A stretch of 64,000 nucleotides of DNA from Anaeromyxobacteraceae bacterium (lineage in GTDB: Bacteria > Myxococcota > Myxococcia > Myxococcales > Anaeromyxobacteraceae), in contig JAULAX010000014.1 of assembly GCA_032654565.1 (NCBI GenBank), forward strand, positions 1-64,000, written 5' to 3'. Positions within the stretch are counted from its first letter, which is position 1, and each line of letters begins with the position of its first letter. Made by a program: the position numbers and the translations under genes. Below, piece after piece: positions 31,401-39,774 of the stretch. The notes under the pieces were generated by a model, which saw nothing but the letters and a program-made list of their open reading frames with translations, was not told the DNA's origin and ran no database searches.

Positions 31401-31458
31401 CGAGTACGCGCGGATGACCGGCGCGGTGCGCGAGGCCTTCGACCGGGTGGTGCAGTAG
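28414..31458 (+). CDS. glnE: Glutamine synthetase adenylyltransferase GlnE
   Basis: Two NT domains: MGKLGARELNFSSDVDLIF / MGKLGGRELGYHSDLDLIF, DLRPEGRSG, KLGKGGIREAEF. Confidence 0.95.
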   Translation: MFPSHAIPGLPPAEPTLPESAERLARLHKRCGPLADEALACCRLSPDPDLALAGLERYLDGAGALPPERDLLEVLALLCGASSMSAGLLARWPHLLRRTARSPWLLRPRTEASLRALLARASRRLDPADVDAFHALLRRLRAREVLRITLRDLRRARMMEVAGELSALAMACVDAAIRFHDARLRLKHGPPAGLEGREPGAGFCALAMGKLGARELNFSSDVDLIFVYGVDGQTTGERSTTHFAYYTRLAELVTEAISRSTEDGFVFRVDLDLRPEGRSGPIVNSLHAAELYYQTFGRSWERNAMLKARAGAGDEPVGEALLQALEPFIWRASLDLEVVGEIHAMKARIDARAGAEGAADLKLGKGGIREAEFFVSALQLLHGGKPGAKALRERGVLAALDRLLFAGVVPVRDRDALADAYLYLRRCEHRVQMVEGAQTHRLPPPGERLPLARALGVATAAEFEATLSGHREKVAALFAGLLGTAGEQAAPLDHELALLADQEVEPERRHQIAARRGLQDPDRAVAAIDAMARRATPFSRTGDPAVAIGLLSDALETPDPDQALSHLSDFATALRNPAPYFKLLGERRRAARLLLSLFGTSDFLSKRFLRHPELIDALFRADQVELEKPAGRFGAELDERLLHAGGDGLDDRLERRLGELRRYKDEEILRIALHDIAGSIDLASVAGQLTHLAEACVVRCLALAEEEAEAKGYQPPGRLCVIGMGKLGGRELGYHSDLDLIFLYPGGAEPGYERYPRLAQRFMAFLQMPLREGRLYQIDTRLRPSGNQGALVIGADAFARYHVGEAVPLGGAGEARPGTVRSQLWERQALLRARFVAGDEALWRRVEAEVITPVAYGVRADRTALAADVRAMRERMESQLGREATRGKNPKTGHGGLVDVEFATQFLQLAHGHEVPSVRTSTTPVALRRLRDAGLLRPADFEPLAAGYAFLRRVELRLRIVHDYGVDHLPESGPALHQLARRLGYFGEAPGDRFVAEYARMTGAVREAFDRVVQ

Positions 31459-31565
31459 CGCCCCCCCCGCCGGAGCGTCGCCCCCCCTGTGGCCTCCCCG
31501 CGCAGGTCGGCTCCGATCTAGGATGACGCCGTGCGTCCAAGGACCCCACCCCGGCCGGTCGCCGC

Positions 31566-32999
31566 GTGATCGCCCTCCCCTCCGACGAGGTGGTGGACGG
31601 CTGGCGGGCCCGCTCCCGGCCGCTCGACGAGGCCGAGCTGGCGCTGGTCCGGGCGGTGGTGACCCGGCCGCCCTGGTTGCCCGAGCGCTCCGAGCACGCC
31701 CTCCGCTACGCCATCAACCTGGCGCGCCTCACCCTGGTCCGGCTCCCCGACGGCACCGACCTGGACGTGGCCGACTTCCTCGCCACCTTCCGCGACGAGG
31801 TGCAGCCGGTGGTCACCTCGCTCTTCGCCGAGCCGTCCGCGCTCGACCCGGTGTCGGTGACCGGGCTGGTGCCGCACCTCGAGTCGCGGGCCCGTCACTG
31901 GCGCCGGCGCCTGCTGGCCGCCTTCGAGGGGCGGCTCACCGCCGAGGTGCTCGACCGCGAGTGCTGCGAGAAGGCGCTGCTGCTGGTCTGCGGCGGCGGC
32001 GGCGGCGTGGCCTGGTCCTACCTCGGCGCCTTCGACCTGCTCGAGCAGTTCGGCCTGACGCCCCGGCTGCTGGCCGGCACCAGCATGGGGGCGGCGCTGG
32101 CCCTCTTCCGGGCCCGGGCGCTCCGCTGGGACGCCGAGGCGGCGGCGGCGGTGCTCAAGGGGCTCTCCTTCCGCACCCTCTTCCGCTTCCTGCGGACCGA
32201 GTCGCGCTACGGCCTGCCGGCCACCATGCGGCTCTACCTGCGCGCGGCCATCAGCGACCACCTGCAGGGGCCGGACGGCACCCCGCCGACGCTGGGCGAC
32301 CTGCCCATCCCGCTGGTGGTGGCCTGCGCCGGCCTGCGCACCGGGGCCCTGCCGCGCGAGCCGGAGTACTACGAGCACCTGCTCGACCCGCACGACGGGG
32401 AGCCGCTGGAGCCGCTCTCCACCCGGGTCCCGGCCGGCCTGCTCAAGGTGATCGGCGAGCTGATGGCGCAGCGCGACCGCTTCGCCCGGCTCTACCTCGG
32501 CGCCGACGAGGGGACCGCCGAGTTCGACGCCATCGACGCGGTCGGCTTCTCCTCGGCGCTCCCCGGGGTCATCCACTACGACGTGCTGCGCGAGGACCCG
32601 CGCATGCACGCGCTGCTCGGCGACCTCTTCCAGCGGCGCGACCTCTTCCGCCTGGTGGACGGCGGGCTGGTCGACAACCTGCCGGCGCGGCCGCTCTGGG
32701 GGCTGGCCCAGGCCGGCGCCATCGGCACCCGCAACACCTTCGTGCTCGGGCTGGAGGGGTTCGGCCCCAAGCTCTCGCAGCCGCTCTGGTACGCGCTGGA
32801 GCAGCTGGCGGCGCAGAACGTGGCCAGGAGCAAGCCGTTCGTCCACCTGCTGCGGAGCTACCAGCGGGTGCTCTCGCCGCTGGAGGTGGTGCCGGGCGAG
32901 GCGGCGCTCAAGAAGGCGGTGCAGGCGGGGCGGGCCGAGCTGCTCCCGGACATGCCGCTGGTGGCGAGGCTCTGCCGGCGGTTCCCGGCGCTGGCCTGA
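31566..32999 (+). CDS. Patatin-like phospholipase
   Basis: CGGGGG glycine loop, GTSMG, DGG. Confidence 0.85.
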   Translation: MIALPSDEVVDGWRARSRPLDEAELALVRAVVTRPPWLPERSEHALRYAINLARLTLVRLPDGTDLDVADFLATFRDEVQPVVTSLFAEPSALDPVSVTGLVPHLESRARHWRRRLLAAFEGRLTAEVLDRECCEKALLLVCGGGGGVAWSYLGAFDLLEQFGLTPRLLAGTSMGAALALFRARALRWDAEAAAAVLKGLSFRTLFRFLRTESRYGLPATMRLYLRAAISDHLQGPDGTPPTLGDLPIPLVVACAGLRTGALPREPEYYEHLLDPHDGEPLEPLSTRVPAGLLKVIGELMAQRDRFARLYLGADEGTAEFDAIDAVGFSSALPGVIHYDVLREDPRMHALLGDLFQRRDLFRLVDGGLVDNLPARPLWGLAQAGAIGTRNTFVLGLEGFGPKLSQPLWYALEQLAAQNVARSKPFVHLLRSYQRVLSPLEVVPGEAALKKAVQAGRAELLPDMPLVARLCRRFPALA

Positions 33000-33112
33000 G
33001 GCTGGCCGCCGCGTCAGACCCAAGCGGGTCGGGGGCAGGGTCGAAGCCCTCAGGATTAGACCCTTCTGGATGCGGGTTGAGCACCTGAGAGGGCCACCCT
33101 CAGTCAAACCGA

Positions 33113-33142
33113 TTGACCTGTCAGGCCCGTTTCGGCTAGATT
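33113..33142 (+). promoter_or_regulatory. Putative sigma70 promoter of fic gene (TTGACC-N18-TAGATT)
   Basis: Hexamers in an AT-rich intergenic region. Confidence 0.4.
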
Positions 33143-33253
33143 CCCGTCCCCTTGCGGTAAAATTAGAAAAACCGCATAAATTTCGATAGCTTGCGCTATC
33201 CGACCCCGGCAGGTGATCGGTTCGGACGGCGCCCGGCCTGAGGTGGAGACAGA

Positions 33254-34018
33254 ATGCGGACTCGCTACGTCGATTTCGACGATCGCCATGAAGACCTCGC
33301 GGAGCGGATGCGCGCAGCGCCGCGGATCGCCGAGGACTTCCTGCGAAAGTGGGAGGTCTCGTGGCTCTTCCACGAGAACGCGCTGGAGGGGGTCGTCTAC
33401 ACCAGCCAGGAGCTGGAGCTGGGGCTCGAGAACCAGCCCATCGCCGATGCCACCTTCGTGGGGGCGCTGCGCGACATCCGCAACCACAAGACCGCGCTCG
33501 AGCTCTGCCGCGCCGAGGCCCGGAACAAGAAGCTCAAGCTCAACCTGACCACGCTGAAGAAGCTCTACGACCTGCTCACCGCCGGCATCGAGGGGCGCAG
33601 CTCCGCCGAGTGGCGCAAGGACATGCCGCTGCACCGCAGCTACTTCCACGAGATCGCCCAGCCGGCCCGCATCCTGCCCGGCCTGCAGAAGGTCTTCGAG
33701 GCCACCGAGACCGCCGAGTACCGCAACGCCCACGCCATCCAGCGGGCGGCCCGGCTCCACCACGGCCTGATGCAGGTCTTCCCGTACACCGACAACACCG
33801 GGCGGATCGGGCGGCTCTTCTCCAACATGATCCTGTTCCAGGCCGGCTACCTGCCGGTGATCGTCCACGCCACCGACCGGCAGCGCTACTACGAGTCGCT
33901 GCGGCAGCCGGAGGGGGCGCTGCGCGAGCTGACCATGGACGCCATCGAGAACGGCCTCGAGCACGCCGAGAAGTTCTTCGCCGAGGCGGCCGCCGGGGAG
34001 CGCTCGCAGGTCCGGTAG
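33254..34018 (+). CDS. Fic-family protein with degenerate catalytic motif
   Basis: HENALEG, AARLHHGLMQVFPYTDNTGRIGRL, GYLPVIV..RQRYYESL. Confidence 0.8.
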   Translation: MRTRYVDFDDRHEDLAERMRAAPRIAEDFLRKWEVSWLFHENALEGVVYTSQELELGLENQPIADATFVGALRDIRNHKTALELCRAEARNKKLKLNLTTLKKLYDLLTAGIEGRSSAEWRKDMPLHRSYFHEIAQPARILPGLQKVFEATETAEYRNAHAIQRAARLHHGLMQVFPYTDNTGRIGRLFSNMILFQAGYLPVIVHATDRQRYYESLRQPEGALRELTMDAIENGLEHAEKFFAEAAAGERSQVR

Positions 34019-34185
34019 CCCCGCAGCGCCGTGGTCTCGGCCCCGGCAGGGAACCCTTCGCGGGAACCCTTCCGGGGTTCAGCGTTTTCCAGGCTCATGA
34101 CTTCATTGATCTATCGAATTACTCTGGGACGGGATCCGGCAGGAATGGCGGCGCCGACCCTCACTGTTGTATAGGTCCGCCCCCG

Positions 34186-35010
34186 ATGCTCCTCGGCGCA
34201 CATGAAGGGATCGCGGGTGGGGTCTCCACGGCGTTCGCACGCGCCGAGGAGGACGGGGCCGAGTGCCTCCAGATCTTCACCCGCAACGCCCGCGGCTGGG
34301 CGGCCAAGCCGCTCGAGCCCGACGAGGTCGCCCGCTTCCGCGCCGAGGCCAGGCGCACGGGCCTGCCGGCCGCCGCCCACTCCAGCTACCTCATCAACGC
34401 CGCCGCCGGCGATCCCGAGATCCGGCGCAAGAGCTGGGCCGGGCTGGCCGACGAGCTGCAGCGCGCCGAGCAGCTGGGCCTGTTCGCCCTCATCTTCCAC
34501 CCCGGCTCCAACCCGGACGAGGCCGAGGGGCTGGCCCTGGCCGCCGAGGGCATGGCCGAGGCGCTGGAGGCCGCGCCCGGCAAGGTGAAGCTGCTCACCG
34601 AGACCACCGCCGGCCAGGGGGCCAGCCTCGGCCACCGCTTCGAGCAGCTGGCCGCCATCCGCGACGCCATCCCCGCCCCGCTGCGCCGCCGCACCGGGGT
34701 CTGCGTCGACACCTGCCACCTCTTCGCCGCCGGCTACGACCTGACCACCGACGAGGGGTACCAGGGGACCATCGCCGACCTCGACCGGATCCTCGGCCTC
34801 AGCCAGGTCCACGCCTTCCACCTCAACGACTCCAAGAAGCCGCTCGGTTCGCGCGTCGACCGGCACGACCACATCGGCGAGGGCTTCCTCGGGCTCTCGC
34901 CCTTCCGCCGGCTGGTGAACGATCGCCGCTTCGCCACCACCCCCGGCTTCCTCGAGACCGACCTGCGCTACCGCGAGAACCTCTCGGTGCTGCGCTCCCT
35001 GATCGCGTGA
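34186..35010 (+). CDS. nfo: Endonuclease IV
   Basis: LLGAHEGIAGG, QIFTRN, HSSYLIN, HPG, ETTAGQG, DTCHLFAAG, HLNDSK, DRHDHIGEG. Confidence 0.95.
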   Translation: MLLGAHEGIAGGVSTAFARAEEDGAECLQIFTRNARGWAAKPLEPDEVARFRAEARRTGLPAAAHSSYLINAAAGDPEIRRKSWAGLADELQRAEQLGLFALIFHPGSNPDEAEGLALAAEGMAEALEAAPGKVKLLTETTAGQGASLGHRFEQLAAIRDAIPAPLRRRTGVCVDTCHLFAAGYDLTTDEGYQGTIADLDRILGLSQVHAFHLNDSKKPLGSRVDRHDHIGEGFLGLSPFRRLVNDRRFATTPGFLETDLRYRENLSVLRSLIA

Positions 35011-36188
35011 AGCCCCGCCCCGCCAAGACCGTGGCCGCCGGGCCCGCCGCGCCTCCGCGCGCCGTCGGCCCGGTCCGCGCCCACCGCATGTCGCTCCACC
35101 CGCGCTCCGGCGGGTCGGCCGCCGAGAAGCTCGACAAGCTGGTGGCCTTCGCCCGGGAACACCGCCGGGCGCTGGTGCTCACCCACGACAACCCCGACCC
35201 CGACTCGCTGGCCTCCGGCGTGGCCCTGGCCTGGCTGCTCGGCGAGCTGGCCGGGGTCGAGGCCACCGTGGCCTACGGCGGCATCGTGGGGCGCGCCGAG
35301 AACCGGGCCCTGATCCGCCAGCTCAAGCTGCCGGTGGTGCCGATCTCGCGGGTGGTCTTCGACGACTTCGACATGATCTGCATGGTCGACACCCAGCCGG
35401 AGCAGGGCAACCACTCCCTGCCCAGCCGCCACTTCCCCGACGTGGTCATCGACCACCACCCCATCCGCGCCGAGACCCGGCTGGCCGCCGTGGCCGACGT
35501 GGGCGGCCCCATCGGCGCCACCTCCACGGTGGTGGTCGAGTACCTGCGCGCCAGCAAGCTGGAGGTGCCGCCGGCCATCGCCACCGCGCTCTTCTACGGC
35601 ATCAAGGCCGACACCCGCGACCTGGGGCGCCACACCACGCCGCAGGACGTCGCGGCCTACCTGTGGCTCTTCCCGCGCGCCGACAAGGACGCCATGGGGC
35701 AGATCGAGCACCCGCCGCTCTCGCGCGAGTACTTCGCCCTGTCGCGCACCGCCATCGAGAAGGCCGAGGTCCACGGCCACACCGTGGTGCTGCCGCTCGG
35801 CCCGCTCTACGCCCCGGACATGGTGGCGGAGGTGGCGGAGCGGTTCCTCTACCTGGAGGGGATCCGCTGGTCGCTGGCCTTCGGCACCTACCAGGGCGAC
35901 CTCTACTACTCGGTGCGCACCGTCGACCGGCGCACCAACGCCGGCAAGCTGATCCGCGAGGTCATCGAGCCGCGCGGCGGCTCGGCGGGCGGTCACGGCA
36001 CCATGGCCGGGGCCCGGCTGCCGGCCCGGAACCTCACGCCGGCGGCGCTGAAGAGGCTCTCGGCGGCGGTGGTGCGCGACTTCCTCGCCGCCTTCGGCGA
36101 GACCGGGCGCGGGATCTCCCGGATCGCCGGAGCCACGGCGACCGTGAGGGCCAGGGCCAAGCCGGCCAGGCGACGCCCGCCGCGGTGA
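35007..36188 (+). CDS. DHH-family phosphoesterase (NrnA-like)
   Basis: HDNPDPDSLAS, VDT, IDHH, GIKADT, GSAGGHGTMAG; start GTG 35007 or ATG 35088. Confidence 0.88.
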   Translation: MKPRPAKTVAAGPAAPPRAVGPVRAHRMSLHPRSGGSAAEKLDKLVAFAREHRRALVLTHDNPDPDSLASGVALAWLLGELAGVEATVAYGGIVGRAENRALIRQLKLPVVPISRVVFDDFDMICMVDTQPEQGNHSLPSRHFPDVVIDHHPIRAETRLAAVADVGGPIGATSTVVVEYLRASKLEVPPAIATALFYGIKADTRDLGRHTTPQDVAAYLWLFPRADKDAMGQIEHPPLSREYFALSRTAIEKAEVHGHTVVLPLGPLYAPDMVAEVAERFLYLEGIRWSLAFGTYQGDLYYSVRTVDRRTNAGKLIREVIEPRGGSAGGHGTMAGARLPARNLTPAALKRLSAAVVRDFLAAFGETGRGISRIAGATATVRARAKPARRRPPR

Positions 36189-36225
36189 CCCGCCCCGGGC
36201 CGCCCAGGCCCCGGCCAGGTCGCCA

Positions 36226-37164
36226 CTACCCCGGCTGCTGCGGCAGCGAGCTCCGGGTGGCCCCGAACAGCCCGCGCACCACCGCGGCGATCGCCAGCGG
36301 CGTCCCGATGGCCGGGTCGTAGAGCGCCTCGATGGCGGTGGCGAAGGCGGCGGCGCTCTCCCAGCGGTCCTGGGGGGCGGCCACCAGGCAGCGCAGCGTC
36401 AGGGCGTCGAGCGCGAACGGCACCTCCGGCCGCACCTCCGACGGGGCCCGCAGCTGGCTGCTGAGGATGCGCGCCCCCACCTCCTCGACGCTGGCGCCCG
36501 GGAAGGCGCGCTGGTTGGTGAGCAGCTCGAAGAGGACGGCCCCGAGGGCGAAGAGGTCGGTGCGCGGCGTCAGCACCTCGCCGCGCAGCTGCTCCGGCGC
36601 CAGGTAGTGGATCTTGCCGAGCGCCCCCTGGCGCGCCCCCTTGGTGGCCCCCGGGGTCAGGGCCACGCCGAAGTCGCCCAGCTTCACCTCGCCGAGCCGG
36701 GAGATGAAGACGTTGGACGGGGAGACGTCGCAGTGGATGATGCCGAGCGGCTGCCCGGCGCGGTCGACGCCGGCGTGGGCGTGGTCCAGCGCCAGCGCCA
36801 GCTGGTGGCCGAGGTAGGCGCCGAAGTCGATGGGCAGCAGGATGCCGCGCTGGGCGCACTGGGAGAGGATCTGCCGCAGGTTCTTCCCGTCGACCAGGTC
36901 CATCACCAGGTAGGGGCGGCCGTCCTCGACCCCGGCGTCGAAGACGTCGATGACCGCCGGGTGGTGGAGCCGCTGGGTGACCAGCGCCTCCAGCCGGAAC
37001 AGCTCGACGTACTCGGGGTCGCGGGCCAGCTCCGGCTTGAGCTGCTTGACCGCCACCTCCTGGCCGAGGCGCGGGCCCTTCAGCGCCGTGGCCCGGTAGA
37101 CGTCGGCCATCCCTCCCTTGCCGATGAGGGCGGTCAGCTCGTAGCCGGCGAAGAGGACCCCCAC
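36226..37164 (-). CDS. Stand-alone Ser/Thr protein kinase
   Basis: IGKGGMADVY, VAVK, HCDVSPSN, DFG, GKIHYLAPE. Confidence 0.9.
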   Translation of the reverse strand: MGVLFAGYELTALIGKGGMADVYRATALKGPRLGQEVAVKQLKPELARDPEYVELFRLEALVTQRLHHPAVIDVFDAGVEDGRPYLVMDLVDGKNLRQILSQCAQRGILLPIDFGAYLGHQLALALDHAHAGVDRAGQPLGIIHCDVSPSNVFISRLGEVKLGDFGVALTPGATKGARQGALGKIHYLAPEQLRGEVLTPRTDLFALGAVLFELLTNQRAFPGASVEEVGARILSSQLRAPSEVRPEVPFALDALTLRCLVAAPQDRWESAAAFATAIEALYDPAIGTPLAIAAVVRGLFGATRSSLPQQPG

Positions 37165-37171
37165 GGTCCCC

Positions 37172-38017
37172 TCACATCTTGACGCGGGCCAGCGCCCGGT
37201 AGGCGGGCAGGTCGCGCAGGCTGGCCAGGTCGGGGTCCTCGCCGATCCCCTCGGCGGTGGTGTAGCCGTTGACCGCGGCGATCTGCAGGTAGCGGAGCGC
37301 CAGGTCGGGCTGGCCGGAGAGGGCGTAGACGCAGGCCATGTTGTAGTAGGCGTCGCCGAAGTCGGGGTCGACGGCCAGCGCCTTCTTGTACCACTCCAGC
37401 GCCGCCTTGAAGTCGTCGCGCATCCGCCAGCTGACGCCCACGCCGTTGTAGGGCTCGGGGAGGCGCGGCGCCAGCGCCACCGCCTCCAGGAAGCGGGCCC
37501 GGGCCTTCTCGGCGTTCCCCTCCTCGAGCCAGGCGGCGGCGTCGCGCATCACCTCGCGGGCGCGGGCGGTGGCGTCGGGGGCGGGCGCGGCCGGCGGCGG
37601 CTTCACCCTGGGTGGCTGGGGCCCGGCCGCCGGGGCGGCGCGGGTGAAGCTGATCCCGCCGTTCTTGCCGACCGGGGCCCGGCAGCCGGCGGCCACGTGG
37701 ACGGCGCCGGAGAGCCCCTTCGGCCCCACCAGCAGCACCCCCTTGGCCCAGGCCTCGGCGGCGGCGCAGCCGGCCTGGCAGACCCGCACCTCGCCGGCCA
37801 GCGAGTCGTCGAGCAGCGTGGCCCGCAGCACCACCTCACCCTTGGTGAAGCGGCAGGGGCCGGCCGGCGCCTGCAGCGTGCCGCGGAAGGTGGTGCCGTC
37901 GCCCTCGAGGCGGACCCGCCCCAGCGGCGAATCGTACTCACCGTTGACGGCCGGGGTCGCCGCGGCCACGCCGCACAGCAGCAGCGGCACCAGGGCCAGG
38001 CCAGGAAAGCTCCTCAT
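37172..38017 (-). CDS. Exported TPR protein
   Basis: Signal peptide; TPR YNGVG...AYYNMACVYAL...DPDLASLR. Confidence 0.8.
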   Translation of the reverse strand: MRSFPGLALVPLLLCGVAAATPAVNGEYDSPLGRVRLEGDGTTFRGTLQAPAGPCRFTKGEVVLRATLLDDSLAGEVRVCQAGCAAAEAWAKGVLLVGPKGLSGAVHVAAGCRAPVGKNGGISFTRAAPAAGPQPPRVKPPPAAPAPDATARAREVMRDAAAWLEEGNAEKARARFLEAVALAPRLPEPYNGVGVSWRMRDDFKAALEWYKKALAVDPDFGDAYYNMACVYALSGQPDLALRYLQIAAVNGYTTAEGIGEDPDLASLRDLPAYRALARVKM

Positions 38018-38052
38018 TCCGCGATTCTACCTCTCCCGCGACATGGACGTGC

Positions 38053-38081
38053 TTGACAGGCCAGGACGGGAAGCCTAGGAT
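38053..38081 (+). promoter_or_regulatory. Sigma70 promoter of 6S RNA (TTGACA-N17-TAGGAT)
   Basis: Consensus -35, 17-bp spacer, TAnnnT. Confidence 0.7.
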
Positions 38082-38145
38082 CCAGAACATAGAAAAACGC
38101 GCGTGAATTCGCGGGTTTATGCTCTTTCAGCTTTCGTATCGCCTT

Positions 38146-38339
38146 GCCCCCTGCCGGGTTCGTGATTGGCCTCGTGTCGTTTGGGCCGACTTGTAATGAA
38201 GAGTGGTCCCCGGCCGGTTCCATGAGCAAGCTCCCACTGCTGCAGAGGGAGACGCCTACGGCGCCGGTCCTGTACACGGGAACCCCACCTATGGAGACAT
38301 AGGTCCAAGCAACCGAAGCACACGGCCCACGCGGGGGGC
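38146..38339 (+). ncRNA. ssrS: 6S RNA
   Basis: ~190-nt rod: GCCCCCTGC/GCGGGGGGC, GGGTTCGTG/CACGGCCC, TTGGGCC/GGTCCAA, central bubble, terminal CTCCC..GGGAG; classic position upstream of 5-formyl-THF cyclo-ligase. Confidence 0.85.
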
Positions 38340-38363
38340 TTTTTTTCGTCCTTCTGGCGTACC

Positions 38364-38969
38364 ATGCGCCGCGCCATGCCCCCCGACATCACCGACCGCA
38401 AGCGGGCCCTCCGCGCCGAGCTGACCGCGGCGCGGGCCCGGCTGGCGCCCGGGGTCCGCCAGGCCGGCGCCGCCGCCATCGCCGCCCGGCTGGCCGCCCT
38501 GCCCCCCTTCGGCGCCGCCACCACCGTCGGCCTCTACGCCCCCCTCGGCGCCGAGGTGGACGCCGGCCTGGTCGCCCGCGACCGGCTGGCCCGCGGTGTC
38601 CGGGTCGTCTACCCCCGGTCCCTGCCCGGGCAGCGGCGGCTGGTCTTCTGCGCCTGCTCGCCGGACCAGCTGGTGGCCGGCCCGCTCGGCGCCGCCGAGC
38701 CCCCGCCCCAGGCCGCCGAGGTGCCGCTCGCGGAGATCCAGTGCTTCGTGGTCCCCGGCCTCGGCTTCTCCACCGACGGCCTGCGGCTCGGCCGCGGCGG
38801 CGGCTACTACGACGCCACCCTGGCCGGGGCCCCCGGCGCCTTCCGCGTCGGCGTCGCCTTCGACCTCCAGCTCCGGCCCGAGCTCCCCCGCGAGCCGCAC
38901 GACGTGGCGCTCGACGCCGTCGTCACCGAGCGGCAGACCCTCCTCTTCCCCCGGCAGGTGACCACGTGA
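38364..38969 (+). CDS. ygfA: 5-formyltetrahydrofolate cyclo-ligase
   Basis: KRALRAEL, VVPGLGFSTDGLRLGRGGGYYD, PREPHDVALDAVVTE; start 38364 or 38376. Confidence 0.93.
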   Translation: MRRAMPPDITDRKRALRAELTAARARLAPGVRQAGAAAIAARLAALPPFGAATTVGLYAPLGAEVDAGLVARDRLARGVRVVYPRSLPGQRRLVFCACSPDQLVAGPLGAAEPPPQAAEVPLAEIQCFVVPGLGFSTDGLRLGRGGGYYDATLAGAPGAFRVGVAFDLQLRPELPREPHDVALDAVVTERQTLLFPRQVTT

Positions 38970-39766
38970 AGGTGCTCTTCCTCGGCGACGTCTTCGGCAA
39001 GCCCGGCCGCCAGGCGGTGCAGCGGCTGGTCCCGCGCCTCATCTCCCGCCACGGCCTCGACCTGGTGGTGGCCAACGCCGAGAACGTCGCCGCCGGCGTC
39101 GGGGTCACCCCCGAGCTGGCCGACGAGCTGCTGGCCGCCGAGGTCGACCTGCTCACCAGCGGCAACCACATCTGGTCGAAGCGGGAGATCGGCCCCTACC
39201 TGGACAAGCCGGGCAGCCGCCTGCTGCGCCCGGCCAACTACCCGCCCGGCGCCCCCGGCAAGGGACGCGGCGTCGCCACCACCCCCGACGGCCGCAAGCT
39301 CGGCGTCATCAACATCGAGGGGCGGGTCTTCATGAAGACCCTCGACGATCCCTTCCGGGTGGTGCTGGAGGAGCTGGCGGCGCTCAGGAAGGAGGGGTGC
39401 ACCTGCATCCTCGTCGACATGCACTGCGAGGCCACCAGCGAGAAGAACGCCATGGGCTGGTTCCTCGACGGCAAGGTCTCGGCGGTGCTGGGCACCCACA
39501 CCCACGTGCAGACCGCCGACCAGCGGGTGCTCCCCGGCGGGACCGCCTTCATCACCGACGTCGGCATGTGCGGGCCGTGGGAGTCGATCATCGGCGTCCG
39601 CAAGGAGCTGGTGCTGGAGCGGTTCACCACCCAGCGCCCCATGGCCTTCGAGCCGGCCAAGCGGGAGGTCCACCTGCAGGGGGCCATCGTCGACATCGAC
39701 GAGGCCACCGGCAAGGCCCGGTCGATCGAGCGGGTGCAGGAGAAGCTGGAAGAGAGCCAGGGGTAG
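38966..39766 (+). CDS. ymdB: TIGR00282/YmdB metallophosphoesterase
   Basis: LFLGDVFGKPGR, NAEN, TSGNH, DMHCEATSEK, GTHTHVQTAD, TDVGMCG. Confidence 0.92.
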   Translation: MKVLFLGDVFGKPGRQAVQRLVPRLISRHGLDLVVANAENVAAGVGVTPELADELLAAEVDLLTSGNHIWSKREIGPYLDKPGSRLLRPANYPPGAPGKGRGVATTPDGRKLGVINIEGRVFMKTLDDPFRVVLEELAALRKEGCTCILVDMHCEATSEKNAMGWFLDGKVSAVLGTHTHVQTADQRVLPGGTAFITDVGMCGPWESIIGVRKELVLERFTTQRPMAFEPAKREVHLQGAIVDIDEATGKARSIERVQEKLEESQG

Positions 39767-39774
39767 CGCCGGTC

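Noticed and set aside
33012..33030. Second TGTCAG-type promoter (CGTCAGACCC)
   Set aside because: Mismatched first base and no TAnnnT at +10; better explained as a GACCC/GGGTC hairpin
34048..34080. GGGAACCCTTC direct repeat after the fic gene
   Set aside because: Only two short copies, probably part of a terminator-like hairpin; no further support
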